From assembly GCA_043228905.1 (NCBI GenBank), contig JBHGNT010000015.1, forward strand, positions 7,254,001 to 7,318,000: a stretch of DNA of 64,000 nt, in the 5' to 3' direction. Origin of the DNA: Azolla caroliniana. Lineage: Eukaryota; Plantae; Polypodiophyta. This document shows positions 35,519 to 47,800 of this stretch, piece after piece. Below the pieces are notes generated by a model. It searched no databases, was not told where the DNA came from, and worked only from the letters and a program-made list of their open reading frames with translations. Within the stretch, counting starts at the first letter, position 1. Each line of letters begins with the position of its first letter. Made by a program: the position numbers and the translations under genes.

Positions 35519-37212
35519 GCAGAGGTCGAAGAATGGTACCACGGTACCACGGGAGAGAGTGTGGAGCGAGACGCCCTCTTGACTTGTGGAGAAAGACCAT
35601 CCGAGGAGGAGGTCGAGAGCGGAGAAGAGCCCTCCACGCGGATTCTAGAGACTCCGGCAGTCGAGCCCGTGTGCCGACATAAGACAAGAGAGATGGAAGG
35701 CGCCAACGAGGAGTCCTAGCACGATGCCAGGGAGGATGGATAGGAAACGGCTTGCGAGGAGGTCGAGGACAGAGCTACGACAAGGATGAAGGAGGAAATG
35801 AGAGGCGACGCCAAAGGGAGCGGAATCGGAAGTCGTCCCGATCAGGGATCAAACTGGTCGACATTCGGATTCGGATGGAGCACGATCCGGATGTAGATCG
35901 TTCGACCGAAATCGGCCTGAGACACAGAAGGGAGGAAGAGGAAGTAGAGCCCGATCGACAGGGGCCGGGTTCGGTATGAAGGTGCCGATACAAAAGAGGG
36001 TGTGGAATGAGCCACCCTCTATACATGGGGAGAAAGATCGACCAAGGCAAAGGTCAGAATTCGGGAAGAAGATGATCGAGGGTAACGAACAAGTCCGGAG
36101 GGATCGGCATCGAAGTCAAAAATCCGAACATTGGAGAATCAAGCCCAGGTGGGGCATGATCGATCATAGAGCGGATGCTTTCCACCGACAACACTAAAAG
36201 GGTTGGTGGCCTCGAACGACAGCCGGCCCGAGAGCCGGCGTGAGACCTAGAGATAAGGGAGACCGCGGCGGGAGCACAAGAAGGGGGATGATAACAAGTT
36301 CGAGAGAAGTACATGGGAAGCAGAGGAACAAAGACCAGTCCTATGGGTCACCTCACACTACGCTAGAGACTTCGGAAGTCGGCATCGGATCCAAGTAAGA
36401 CCAAGATACTGACGGTGGCGGGAAGAGAACGGGACTCGGCAATGTAGAGTGACAAACGAACCTGGGTGAGTGCCAGGTGGAGCAGACTTCCGAATAACCG
36501 ATCCAGAAGGGAGGGAGAGGCAGGCCTACAGGGAGGCCGGAACACGGTACATCAATACCACGGGAGGGTGTGGAGCGAGCCACCCTCTCGACATGCGGAG
36601 AAGGACGACCCAAGATATGGTTGGGAAGGATGAGAGGCCCGAGAAGGATCCTCCACACTGGGCTCGAGACTTCGGCGATCAGCATCGGGAGCCGACGTAA
36701 GAGCAAGATACTGATGGTGGCGGCAAGGGGACGGGGGAAATAATAGTAGTGTCAAGACTGAGAGAGAGAAAGAGAGAGAAAAAGAGATAGAGAGATAATT
36801 GAAAGAGAATTATTATATTGAAGCGTAAAATGGATTACAAAGAGTAGGCTACAAAATGGCGTTGAACCAATTTAGGTTTGGGATGGGTGGTAGATCCCTA
36901 TTTATAAGTAATAGAGAACTCTCTAGAATATTCTAGGTTATCCTAGAATGTAGAGTAATCTAGAAGATCTCTAGAGTATTCTAGAAGGTTCTAGTGGTAT
37001 AGAACACTCTAGAATATTCTAGGTCATTCTAGAATGTAGAGTAATATAGAATATTCCTATGATATTAGATTTCATATTCTAGAGACTATACATATAAGAA
37101 TATTAATACAATGGTTAAGGATTTGACATGTGTACAACAAGGTCGTGGGTTCAAATCCTTTCGAGTCATAATGTGAGTGTCATGATCCTTTCGATGCATG
37201 ATGTGACTGTTA

Positions 37213-38640
37213 TCATGACACTATCCCCCTTCTTCGACGACACGTCTCACGGGTCGTAGGGTTTGTATTAGGACCTGGTTTACAACGATATTGGCGATGA
37301 AATGCATTGACGAGTTCTGCAGCATTGGAAAGATTTGTGGCAGGTTCCCAAGTTCGATCATTGGGGGTATAGCCTAGCCAATCGACCAAGTAATACAACT
37401 TGTTGCGCACGATTTTAGAATCGAGAACGGCAGCAACTTCAAATTCAGGCCCGTCCAAGAACTCGACAGGTGGGGGGGGTGTCGTAAGACGGCCCGGAAT
37501 TGAACTTGTAGTATAAGGTTCCAAAAGGGATACATGAAACACCGGATGAAGATGCATGTGCGGAGGGAGGTCAAGACGAAATGCAACATCACTTATCTTA
37601 CCAGTGATCATGTAAGGGCCAAAACGTTGGTAATCCAATTTATTGCAAGGTCGAGTGGTCTTGATGTTGTGTTGGAGAAGCCATACATGATCCCCAATGC
37701 GGAACTTTTTTGAGGAGTCTAGACGATGACGATCGGCAAGCCTCTTGTGTGTAAATTGAGCATCGTGCAAATTGTGGAGAATGTTAGCTTGAATTTCTTG
37801 GAGGCGACTAAGACGATCCTCGGCAGCAGGGTTGGTAGGAACTTCTGGATGCGCATTCATCGTCCATCGAGGATGACAGCCCGTATTTGCGAAAAATGGG
37901 GAATATCCTGTAGAAGAATGGGCTGAGTTGTTGTAAGCGAATTCCGCCAAGTGCAAAAATGCAACCCAATCATCTTGTTGATAGTTGATGAAACAACGAA
38001 GATATTGTTCCAATGTCTGGTTGGTACGCTCTGTTTGACCATTTGTTTCAGGATGATAGCCCGAAGAAAGCTTAACTGAAATGTGGAGAAGTTTGAACAG
38101 GTGCTTCCAAAACTTTGAGATGAATTGTGGACCACGATCACTAATAATATCATCTGGCAGACCATGATGCTTAAATACCTCCCGCATAACGAGATCAGCC
38201 GTCTCTTGACTAGTAATTGACTTTGTACATGGCAAGAAATGTGCCATTTTGGTAAATCGATCAACCACTGTGAGAATTGCATCAAAACCTTTTGAAACTG
38301 GGAGATCAGTAATGAAGTCCAAGGATATAGACTTCCAAGGTGTTTCTGGAATGGGAAGTGGTTGTAGTAAGCCATAGGGTCGGTGACGAGGATTCTTTGA
38401 TCGACAACATATATCACAACTCCGAACATACTCCTCAACAAAATGACGAAGGCGAGGCCACCAATAGCGTCGAGAAATTAATTCTAGAGTCTTGTGAACT
38501 CCAAAATGACCAGCCATTGGTGAGTCATGGCAATGTTGCAAAACTTGTAGCCGTGGGGGACCATCAGGAACATACAATAAATTTTGTCGAAATAGAAAAC
38601 CATCATGCCAATAGAACTGACAATAGTCATTACGAGGATT
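37213..38640 (-). CDS. T integrase with C-terminal chromodomain (out of frame with RT-RH)
   Basis: HHCC, DFITDLP, SDRGPQF and GPY motifs, then [10 protein letters not shown]...YYLVDWLGY...TWEP. Stop lies inside the 3' LTR. Confidence 0.9.
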   Translation of the reverse strand, partial: NPRNDYCQFYWHDGFLFRQNLLYVPDGPPRLQVLQHCHDSPMAGHFGVHKTLELISRRYWWPRLRHFVEEYVRSCDICCRSKNPRHRPYGLLQPLPIPETPWKSISLDFITDLPVSKGFDAILTVVDRFTKMAHFLPCTKSITSQETADLVMREVFKHHGLPDDIISDRGPQFISKFWKHLFKLLHISVKLSSGYHPETNGQTERTNQTLEQYLRCFINYQQDDWVAFLHLAEFAYNNSAHSSTGYSPFFANTGCHPRWTMNAHPEVPTNPAAEDRLSRLQEIQANILHNLHDAQFTHKRLADRHRLDSSKKFRIGDHVWLLQHNIKTTRPCNKLDYQRFGPYMITGKISDVAFRLDLPPHMHLHPVFHVSLLEPYTTSSIPGRLTTPPPPVEFLDGPEFEVAAVLDSKIVRNKLYYLVDWLGYTPNDRTWEPATNLSNAAELVNAFHRQYRCKPGPNTNPTTRETCRRRRGIVS

Positions 38641-40690
38641 TTTGATGCTCAAAAGCAGGTTCCCCTGGACGAAGTTCCATATAAGAGCGCCGAGAAAGAG
38701 CATCTGCTTTGCCTTGCTGCATCCCAGGGCGATATATGATGATAAAGTCGAAGTGAGTCAAAAATTGCGCCCACCGGGCTTGTCGCCGACTCAAGACTCG
38801 AGCATTTTGGAAATAAGTCAGGTTCTTATGATCATTGTAGACAATGATCTGCTGAGAAGAACCTTCTAGGAAATGTCGCCATTGTTGAAACGAATCCACG
38901 ATTGCAAGAAGCTCTTTGTCATGGATCTCGTAGTTGATCTCTGCAGCTTGAAACTTTCGTGAATGAAAGGCGACAGGGTGTAGTTGTCCATCATCTCCAG
39001 TCTGCGAGAGGACACTCCCTAGTGCAAAATCGGATGCATCGGCTTCGAGGATGAAGCGTTTTGTTGGGTCGACATGTGCTAAGATAGGTGCCGTTGTAAA
39101 TGCTCGTTTTAAGCTTTCGAATGCCTCAGATGCATCTGAACTCCATATAAATGGTTGATCTTTATGTGTGAGCTGAGTAAGCGGAAGCACAACCTTGGAA
39201 TAATCTTTAATAAATTTCCGATAAAAATTTGCAAACCCGAGAAAACATTGCACATCACGCACTGAAAGGGGCGTTTGCCACTCTAAAATTGCCTGTACCT
39301 TCATGGGGTCCATAGCAATACCATTTGACGATACAACATACCCCAAAAATTCCACTTGATTCTGGCCGAAACTACACTTTTCTAGTTTTGCGTAGAGACC
39401 ATATTCTCGGAGTCGGCATAGTACTTGACGAACATGTGCATCATGCTCCGCTTGGGTCTTTGAGTAGATTAAAATATCATCTAGGTAAAATATAGTGAAG
39501 ATATCAAGAAAATCTCGAAAAATATCGTTCGCCATATGTTGGAAAACAGCAGGTGCATTCGTGAGACCAAATGGCATCACTGTATACTCAAAATGTCCAT
39601 AGCGAGTGCGGAAAGCTGTCTTCCATTCATCCCCCGGGCGAATCCGAACTAGATTATATGCTCCACGAAGGTCCAACTTCGTGAAATATTTTGCACTACT
39701 GAGACGTTCCAAAAGATTCGGGATTAATGGTAGAGCATATCTATTTCGGATAGTCACTTTGTTTAGCCCTCGATAATCCACGACCAACCGAAGAGTCCCA
39801 TTCTTCTTCTTAACGAAGAAGATAGGTGCACCAGCAGGGGATCTAGAATGCCGAATGAATCCGTTTGCCAGATTCTCATCAATATATTCCCGCAAAGTCT
39901 CTAGCTCTACAGGGGAGAGATTATCAATTGGGCCCCATGGAGGTTCTTTCCCTGGTTGTAAGTCAATAGGGCAGTCGTATGGCCGATGCTCCGGCAATGT
40001 ATTGGCCTTCACCTTATTAAAGACATCTGAAAACTCCTTGTATTTCTCTGGTAGTTTAATATCCGCGTCACGTGAAGTGGATGATGGAGTTGCTACTATT
40101 GTGAAGACGAACATGGCCTCGTTCCCCCCTTCCTCCCGCAACTGTCGTAAAGAGATGGGCGATAACTCCGGGGATCTATTAGCACATGTAGGAGAGAGGG
40201 ATGCGGGATTTGTGCTTTTTTCCCGAGTCTCCTCAATTGTTCTTTTCATCCAATCAATCTTCGGGTTATGGAGTTCAAACCAGGGGAGACCTAGAACTAT
40301 TGGGTGGTCCGGACTACGAATAATATTGAAAGAGATTATGCTTGCCAAATTGCCAAGAACTATCCTAATTGGCTCGGACTCCTCGACTATATCTCCTGAT
40401 GCTATGGGACGTCCATCGATGACTCCTACGGCTACTGGGTTGGGAAGCTTATTCAAGAGGATGTTTTGTGACAAGGCAAATTCACGATCCATGAAACAAG
40501 AGTTGGCTCCAGAATCTAGAAGGGCAGAGGCTAGGACTCGATGACATGTAGATGTGGTAAGCTCGACTTGTGCTGAAAAAACTCGACTCACTTGATTTGA
40601 TGAAATGGAACCACGACTAGGAACTAACTCTACATAGCTAGGATGGTCCAGCCAAATGGCTCCTATTTTGGCCGGACTTACTCGTTTAAC
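38630..40690 (-). CDS. T protease, RT and RNase H (-1 frame relative to gag)
   Basis: ALLDSGA, LDLRGAY, FYLDD and LEADASD motifs. The frame is open from the slippery site at 40690. Confidence 0.92.
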   Translation of the reverse strand, partial: VKRVSPAKIGAIWLDHPSYVELVPSRGSISSNQVSRVFSAQVELTTSTCHRVLASALLDSGANSCFMDREFALSQNILLNKLPNPVAVGVIDGRPIASGDIVEESEPIRIVLGNLASIISFNIIRSPDHPIVLGLPWFELHNPKIDWMKRTIEETREKSTNPASLSPTCANRSPELSPISLRQLREEGGNEAMFVFTIVATPSSTSRDADIKLPEKYKEFSDVFNKVKANTLPEHRPYDCPIDLQPGKEPPWGPIDNLSPVELETLREYIDENLANGFIRHSRSPAGAPIFFVKKKNGTLRLVVDYRGLNKVTIRNRYALPLIPNLLERLSSAKYFTKLDLRGAYNLVRIRPGDEWKTAFRTRYGHFEYTVMPFGLTNAPAVFQHMANDIFRDFLDIFTIFYLDDILIYSKTQAEHDAHVRQVLCRLREYGLYAKLEKCSFGQNQVEFLGYVVSSNGIAMDPMKVQAILEWQTPLSVRDVQCFLGFANFYRKFIKDYSKVVLPLTQLTHKDQPFIWSSDASEAFESLKRAFTTAPILAHVDPTKRFILEADASDFALGSVLSQTGDDGQLHPVAFHSRKFQAAEINYEIHDKELLAIVDSFQQWRHFLEGSSQQIIVYNDHKNLTYFQNARVLSRRQARWAQFLTHFDFIIIYRPGMQQGKADALSRRSYMELRPGEPAFEHQKSS

Positions 40691-41802
40691 ACATCCTCTA
40701 ATTGACTCAAGACATCGAATCTATTCTCATGACATGGACTATGAGGCTTATTTATGTTATTAGAAGTAACAATAGAACTCGATGTAGGGTTTTCATGGGC
40801 ACTTACTTGGTATACTTGACGCCTAGGTTTATGTGGACAATTTACAGCTATATGTCCTGGACCACCACAATACAGGCAGAGGCGATGCGCTCGACGTCGT
40901 TGCTTCTCAGCATCTGATAACGGCCCACGACGTTGTGTTGACTCCATTTCCATCGGAGTTGGGCCATCCCTTGTAATGGGTCTAGAAACTTGTGGAGGCG
41001 TTGCGACTACGGAAGCGTAAGTCTGTTCAGGTTGGCGGCGTAACATTTGTTGGCGCTCAGAACGTCGCTCAAATAGGCGATTATCACATCGCACAGCTCG
41101 ACTAATGGCTTCTGTAAGTGACTTCGGATCTTCAGGGAAAGTAAGAAGAAGATCTTTGACATCATTTCTCAAACCTTGACGGAATTGATCCATTAAAGCT
41201 GCCTCATCCCAAGGGATATCGCATGCCAAGAGACGGAAATCGGCTGCATAAGATGACGCGGGACGATCTCCTTGTCGGAGCCTTCGAATCTTGTTTATCG
41301 CTGTCCTAGTGCTGTCGGTGTCTCCGAAACTAGCTTGAAACTCTTTAACAAAGGCCTCGAAATCCTCCAGCAATGGTGATTTCTTCTCGAGAAGTGGTGC
41401 GAACCATGCTAACGCCGTACCGCATAGCAAAGTTCCCACTAATCCCACACGAGCAGCATCAGTTGGATACCGATTGGGATGTAGCTAAATAACTAAACGA
41501 ACTTGATTCAAAAAGCCTCGAAATAAAGACCTCGTACCATCAAACTTGGCAGGGAGGCTGATCTTTGGCTCTCTAGGGGAGTTCTGAGCCCCCGACGCTT
41601 GCTCTCGTAATGACAATATAGTCGCCTCAAGTTGATGAACCCGCTGTGATAACTCTTCATATTGTTGAGCTTTTTCGGCGCTCACGTGTTGTAGATCTCC
41701 AAGTAGCCTTTGATTCTCATGCTCTAATGCCACAAATTTATTCGTGAGCATGTCGAGCTCAGAAAGAACACGCATGTATTCTTGTTTGCTCACGGACTCC
41801 AT
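40678..41802 (-). pseudogene. T gag (PEG10/Sushi-like capsid plus CCHC knuckle), one in-frame TAG at 41485-41487
   Basis: PKISLPAKFDG and LCLYCGGPGHIAVNCP motifs. The two ORF pieces are in the same frame. Confidence 0.88.
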
Positions 41803-42055
41803 AGCTTATGAGGGGAGAGGAGAAGGAAGAAGAGAACTTGTTAGGGTTTGTGGAAGACGAAGAGATGAAAGGAAGAAAATTGGTTCAAACTGTCAAGACT
41901 GAGAGAGAGAAAGAGAGAGAAAAAGAGATAGAGAGATAATTGAAAGAGAATTATTATATTGAAGCGTAAAATGGATTACAAAGAGTAGGCTACAAAATGG
42001 CGTTGAACCAATTTAGGTTTGGGATGGGTGGTAGATCCCTATTTATAAGTAATAG

Positions 42056-42225
42056 AGAACTCTCTAGAATATTCTAGGTTATCCTAGAATGTAGAGTAAT
42101 CTAGAAGATCTCTAGAGTATTCTAGAAGGTTCTAGTGGTATAGAACACTCTAGAATATTCTAGGTCATTCTAGAATGTAGAGTAATATAGAATATTCCTA
42201 TGATATTAGATTTCATATTCTAGAG
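42056..42225. promoter_or_regulatory. Heat-shock element array in T U3 (also at 36915-37084)
   Basis: Repeated nGAAnnTTCn units, e.g. ttctagaaggttctag and ctagaatattctag. Confidence 0.78.
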
Positions 42226-43937
42226 ACTATACATATAAGAATATTAATACAATGGTTAAGGATTTGACATGTGTACAACAAGGTCGTGGGTTCAAATCCT
42301 TTCGAGTCATAATGTGAGTGTCATGATCCTTTCGATGCATGATGTGACTGTTATCATGACAAGTAGTGGAAGGTGAGTGTGGTACTACAATGGGACCGAA
42401 AGAGCGGAAAGGAGGTATAAGGCCGGGGATGCGGCCACGAGCTGGAACCGGACCCGATCGATAGGGTCAACAGGTTGGTGCAATAGTCGGTGGCCTAATG
42501 GATCGGAGGCACGAGAAGGATCCTTCAGCCTGGGCTAGAGACTTCGGCGGTCGGATGACGGTAGCACACCCGGAAGAGGATAGGATGACATGCGTATAGC
42601 AATCACGGGCTGAGGTAAAGGCATGGATACGGGTCAATGTTCGGCACAGGCGGAGCCTAACAAGGAAGGAACGAGACGGCACATGGAGGTGTCGTGATGG
42701 AAACCAAGCGCGAAACAGGCTGGTCGGGTCGGTGGCCGAAAACAACGTCAGAGGTCGGAGAAGGATCCTCTCCACCTACTTCAGAGATCTCGGTGGCTCA
42801 GTTGGAGTGGGAATCGGATGCGAGATAAGACCAAGATATTGACGGTGGAACACCCGGAAGAGGATAGGACGACATGTGTATAGCCATCACGAGCCGAGGT
42901 AAAGGCATGGATACGGGTCGGTGTTCGGCACAGGTGGAACCTAACAAGGAACGAGACGGCACACGGAGGTGTCATGATGGAAACCGGGCACAAAACAGGT
43001 TGCTCGGGTCGATGGCTGAAAACAACATCAGAGGTCGGAGAAGGATCCTCTCCACCTGCTTCGGAGATCTCGGTGGCTCAGTCGGAGTGGTAACGACTGG
43101 CATGGCAAGCCAAGCCCACGAGCTGGTGGATGCGAGGGGATGACAGTGAGCAGAAGGCACCGAACCGGTTGAAAGGGCGCGGGACGAAAGGGGTCAAGCG
43201 GGCAAACACAGGGCGTTCCTCAACCGCGGAAGGCACTGATATGCGGGCGAAGCGACGACGCAAGATTTGGCCGGGTAGGGGCCGATGAAGCGTGCACGGA
43301 GAAAGACCGATGTTCGGCATGGGTGGCGCTGAGCGAAGGACGACGGCAGACTGAGCCTCTTGCGGGGCATAGTCAAGGGTTATGCAGCACACGGAGGTGC
43401 CTGGATGAGAATACGGGTGCGAAGACGGATTGCTCGGGTCAGTAGCCTCGAAGAACATCGACTGCCCAAGAAGGATACTTCACACCAATTCCAGAGACCC
43501 TAGCAGTTCGGCCCACGTGGCAATGTGAGACCAAGGGAGATCAACGGTGGTGGCAAGGGGACAAGGGCAATGGCGAACAACGACACCGGACAAGCAATCA
43601 AGGCATCACGGAGATCAACAATGGCCAAATGGGCTACTACGAGATGCTCCTCGAACGCGGAGGACTCCGGGAGTACGGGGAAGAGAGGGTGTGCATATGG
43701 TTGATCAAGGGCCACAGGACGAGCACACGTACGAGAAGAGATCGCGGAGAACGACCTATGAATGGGTCGAATGAGCCTACAGAGAGGCATGCGTGAAGAA
43801 GGGACCGGATCTGGTAGAGGCCGACACGGTAGCCGGGATGCGGATTACGGAAGACCGGTTGCTCGCTACAGCTAGAATCTCTCACCCTTCTTCGGATTTG
43901 GCACGTACTAGTGGACGTGCGGTTTGGTTGGGGCGGA

Positions 43938-44328
43938 TGTCGTGAAGATTCCCAGCCTTAGCAAGAAAAATGGGAAAAATGGGAACATCGTGAGGGTGTG
44001 GCGTGGGCACCCACCCTTGCGTATATGTGCAAAATAATAGGGGCGCCTTTATGGCGCCGAACAAGAGTTAATTCGGGATAGAGGATCCCATGTACAACGA
44101 GATTTATCCCACATTTTTACGCATCCCTCTCCTTGTTCTATAAAAAGAAGGGAGCGTCCCTTGTAAAATGGTTGGTAATTTTGAGTTACGAGGGTATACC
44201 ACTTAGATCTAGGGTTTGGTAGCCTTCTTCTTCTTACTTTCTTTTAGAGTTTCTTTGTGGTCTTCTTCTTCGTGTCTATTTAGGGTTTAGTCTGGTTTAG
44301 AGCTCATATGTCCTAGGGGGTTTCACTT

Positions 44329-44395
<67 letters not shown>

Positions 44396-44807
44396 TGCAA
44401 GACCCCGCTCGGGCGCGACTAGCCCGTGAGCTCCCCAATCAACGGCTTGGTAGTAGAAAGTTGTTGTAACCTTATCTTCCTAGGTTCGGCTTGAGGCCGG
44501 AGTTGTATCTTGCTCTTGTATATATATGTAGTGAAGTTCTATGCATTCGTGTATGTGTCGGTGTCATTGGAGTTCCTTCTTTCTGGTTTCTGTACATAGG
44601 ATGTGTGTGTCTAGTAAGTTTTGCATGCACATCCTTTCCCCTCTCTCATTCGGTTGTGCCCGGTACATATTCGGAAACGTTCTTGTTGGTGTCCTAGCCG
44701 GTCACCGGGAGCGGTGAAGCTCGACCTTCCATACTCCGTCTTTGTCAGGTCCAAGAACCTTGTAGTCCTACCCCAGATCTAACACGCGCACGCGGAATAC
44801 CGTGACA
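43938..44807 (+). repeat. H LTR2, shared between two internal regions; contains (CT)n at ~44329-44392
   Basis: tgtcgtgaag...cgtgaca, with a PPT before it and a PBS after it. Confidence 0.92.
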
Positions 44808-47800
44808 TCATTGGTGAACCCAACGTGAAAGGGCGGCAAGGGAGGATGGAGTTGGAAGATGAAGACTTCGCAGAGATGGTGGCCGAATTGTTGATGGAGT
44901 TCGGACGAGTGACGATGAGACGAGAAGTGGTGCAACAAGCTATTGAGCGAGTGGTCGAAAGAGGCAGCCGTTTCAATGGGGACAAAGTCCCATTCTACTA
45001 GGAAGCCTACAACGCAGAAATGGAGGTTTCAGGCGTAGACGAGGCATTGAGGTTGGAATTCTTTTGTCGGGTCATCGCCATCCATATGCACGCGGAAGTG
45101 AAGAATCTCCTAGAAGCTCATAGTTCATGGGAGTCCTTCGAAGAGGCGCTCTTGCAGGTATACGGAGCACGGCTGAAGAGCCGGGGACGACACGACTTCG
45201 ACTAGTGGGTTGAATCGGCGAAGATCCACCGGGGCGCAACGAAGGTGTTTTGAGAGTTCAAGCGGTGGCTTGCTCAGCTCCTGGAGCGGGAACAAATTCT
45301 GGTGGGCGTGGACAAAGTCCTGTTGTTTGTTAGGTCAATCGACAGAGCGGAACGGGAGGCCATCGGAATTCAGGTTCAAGATGACGACAAAGCGAATGGC
45401 CTCACCGAGGACTGGTCAGAAGTCGAACGAGTATGCCGACGGTTGGATGAGAAGCAGTTCGCGAAAGGTAAAGGGAAGTTAACGCGCGACGACGCATTCT
45501 CTTGATTGAAGGTGGGCACACAACAAGAAGGATCGGTCAAGCTCGATGTTGAAGCCTTGGTCCGGGAAGCATACGAGGCTCAGAAGGCGATGGTTGACGA
45601 TGAAGAGAGATCCGGCGGACGGATTCCGAAGACTCAGAGCTAGTTGGCCGTCCGAACAAGGCGGACATGGCCTAGGCAGAGGCCGAAGAATGGTACAACG
45701 GTACCACGGGAGAGGGTGTGGAGCGAGACTCCCTCTCAGCTTGCGGAGAAAGACCGGCTCAGAAGGAGGTCGGGAGTGAAGAAGAGCCCTCCACGCGGAT
45801 TTCGGAGACTCCGGCAGTCGAGCCCGTGTGCCAACTTAAGACCATAGCGATGGAAGGCGCCAATGAGGAGTCCTAGCACGATGCCAGGGAGGATGGATGG
45901 GAAATGACTTGCGAGGAGGTCGAGGACGGAGCCGTGGCAGAGAAGAACGAGGAAATGAGAGGCGGCGCCGAAGGGAGCGGAATTGGAAGTCGACCCGACC
46001 GGGGATCGAACTGGTCGGCATTCTGATTCGGATGGAGCACGATCCGGATGTGGATCGTTTGACCGAATCCGGCCTGAGACACGGAAGTAGGGAAGAGGAA
46101 GTAGAGCCCGTTTGACAGGGACGGGGTTCGATATGAAGGTGTCGATATGGAAGAGGGTGTGGAACAAGCCGCCCTCATTACATGGGGAGAAAGATCGACC
46201 AAGGCAAAAGTCGGAATTCGGGAAGAAGATGATCGAGGGTACAGAATCGACATCGGAGCCGAAACTCCGTACATTGGAGAATCAAGCCCAAGCGGGGCTT
46301 GATCGATCATAGAGCAGATGCTTTCCACCGGCACCACTAAAAGGGTTGGTTGCCTCGAACGAGTCGTCGGGAGTTGTTTCAGAATCAGTATCCCCACATC
46401 TCATTCGGAGACTCCGGCAGCCAGCCCGAGACCCGGCGTGAGACCTAGAGAGAAGGGAGATGGCGGCGGGAGCACAAGAAGGGGGACGACAATGAGTCTG
46501 AGAGAAGTAAATCGGAAGTGAAGGAACGAAGACCAGTCCTATAGGTCACCACACACTAGGCTAGAGACTTCGGCGGTCGGCTTCAGATCCGACCTAAGAC
46601 CATGATACTGACGGTGGCGGCAGAAGAACGGAACTCGGTAATGTAGAGTGACAGACGGAACCGGACCTTCAAGTGAAACCGGCTTGAGACACGAAAGGGG
46701 CGAAGAGGCAATGATGCCCGTTCGACAGGGGCCGGGTTCGGTATGAAGGTGTCCATACGGAAGAGGATGCGGAACGAGCCGTCCTCTTTATATGGGGAGA
46801 AAGATCGACCAAGGCAAAGGTCAAAATTCGGGAAGAAGATGATCGAGGGTACGGAATGAGTCCGGAGGGATCGGCATCAGAGCCGAAATTCCAGACATTG
46901 GAGAATCAAGCCCAGGCGGGGCTTGATTGATCATAGAGCGGATGATTTCCACCGTCACCACTAAAAGGGTCGGTGGCCTCGAACGAGTCATCGGGAGCTG
47001 TTTCGGAATCGGTATCCCCACATCTCATCCAGAGACTCCGGCGTGAGACCTAGAGAGAAGGGAGACGGCGGCAAGAGCACAAGAAGGGGGATGACAATAA
47101 GTGCGAGAGAAGTAAATCGGAAGTGGAGGAACGAAGACCAGTCCTATGGGTCACTTCACACCGGGCTGGGACTTTGGCGGTTGGCATTGGATCTGAAGTA
47201 AGAACAAGTTACTGACGGTGGCGGCAGGAGAACTAGACTCGGCAATGCACAGTGACGGACGGACCTGGATGAGAACCGGGTGGAGCGGACTTCCGAATAA
47301 CCGACCCGGAAGGGAGGAAGAGGCAGGCCTACTGGGAGGCCGGAACACTGTTCATCGGTACCACGGGAGAGGGTGTGGAGTGAGCCACCCTCTTGACATG
47401 CGGAGAAGGACGACCCGAGACAGGGTCAGGAAGGAGGAGAGGCCCGAGAAGGGTCCTCCACACCGGGCTAGAGACTTCGGCTGTCGGCATCGGGTGCCGA
47501 CGTAGACCAAGATACTAACAGTGGTGGCGAGGGGATGAGGGCAACAACAACAACGGAAGGTGTTGCGGTCCTACGAGGGGACCGAAAGAGTGGAGAGGAG
47601 GTATAAGGCTGGGGATTCGGCCACGAACCGGAACCGAACCCGATCTGCAGGGTCAACAGGACGAAGACGGGACACGCTTGGTGCATGAATCGGTCGCCTA
47701 ACGGATCGGAGGCCCGAGAAGGATCCTTCACACTGGACTAGAGACTTCGGTGGTCGGCATCGAATGTGACATAAGACCAAGATACTGACGGTGGCGGCAA

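Larger units (their letters stand above)
36750..42361 (-). mobile_element. Element T: Tcn1-like chromovirus (Ty3/gypsy), very young
   Basis: 471-bp LTRs at 36750-37220 and 41891-42361, identical by eye. 5-bp TSD AGTAG. PPT gaagaaggggatag. gag, PR, RT (YLDD), RH, IN and a chromodomain. Confidence 0.96.

Noticed and set aside
37097-37168. Functional tRNA gene
   Set aside because: No credible acceptor or anticodon stems. Only the A/B-box-like motifs remain.
41485-41487. Programmed read-through in T gag
   Set aside because: It lies mid-capsid and is most simply a CAG>TAG change.
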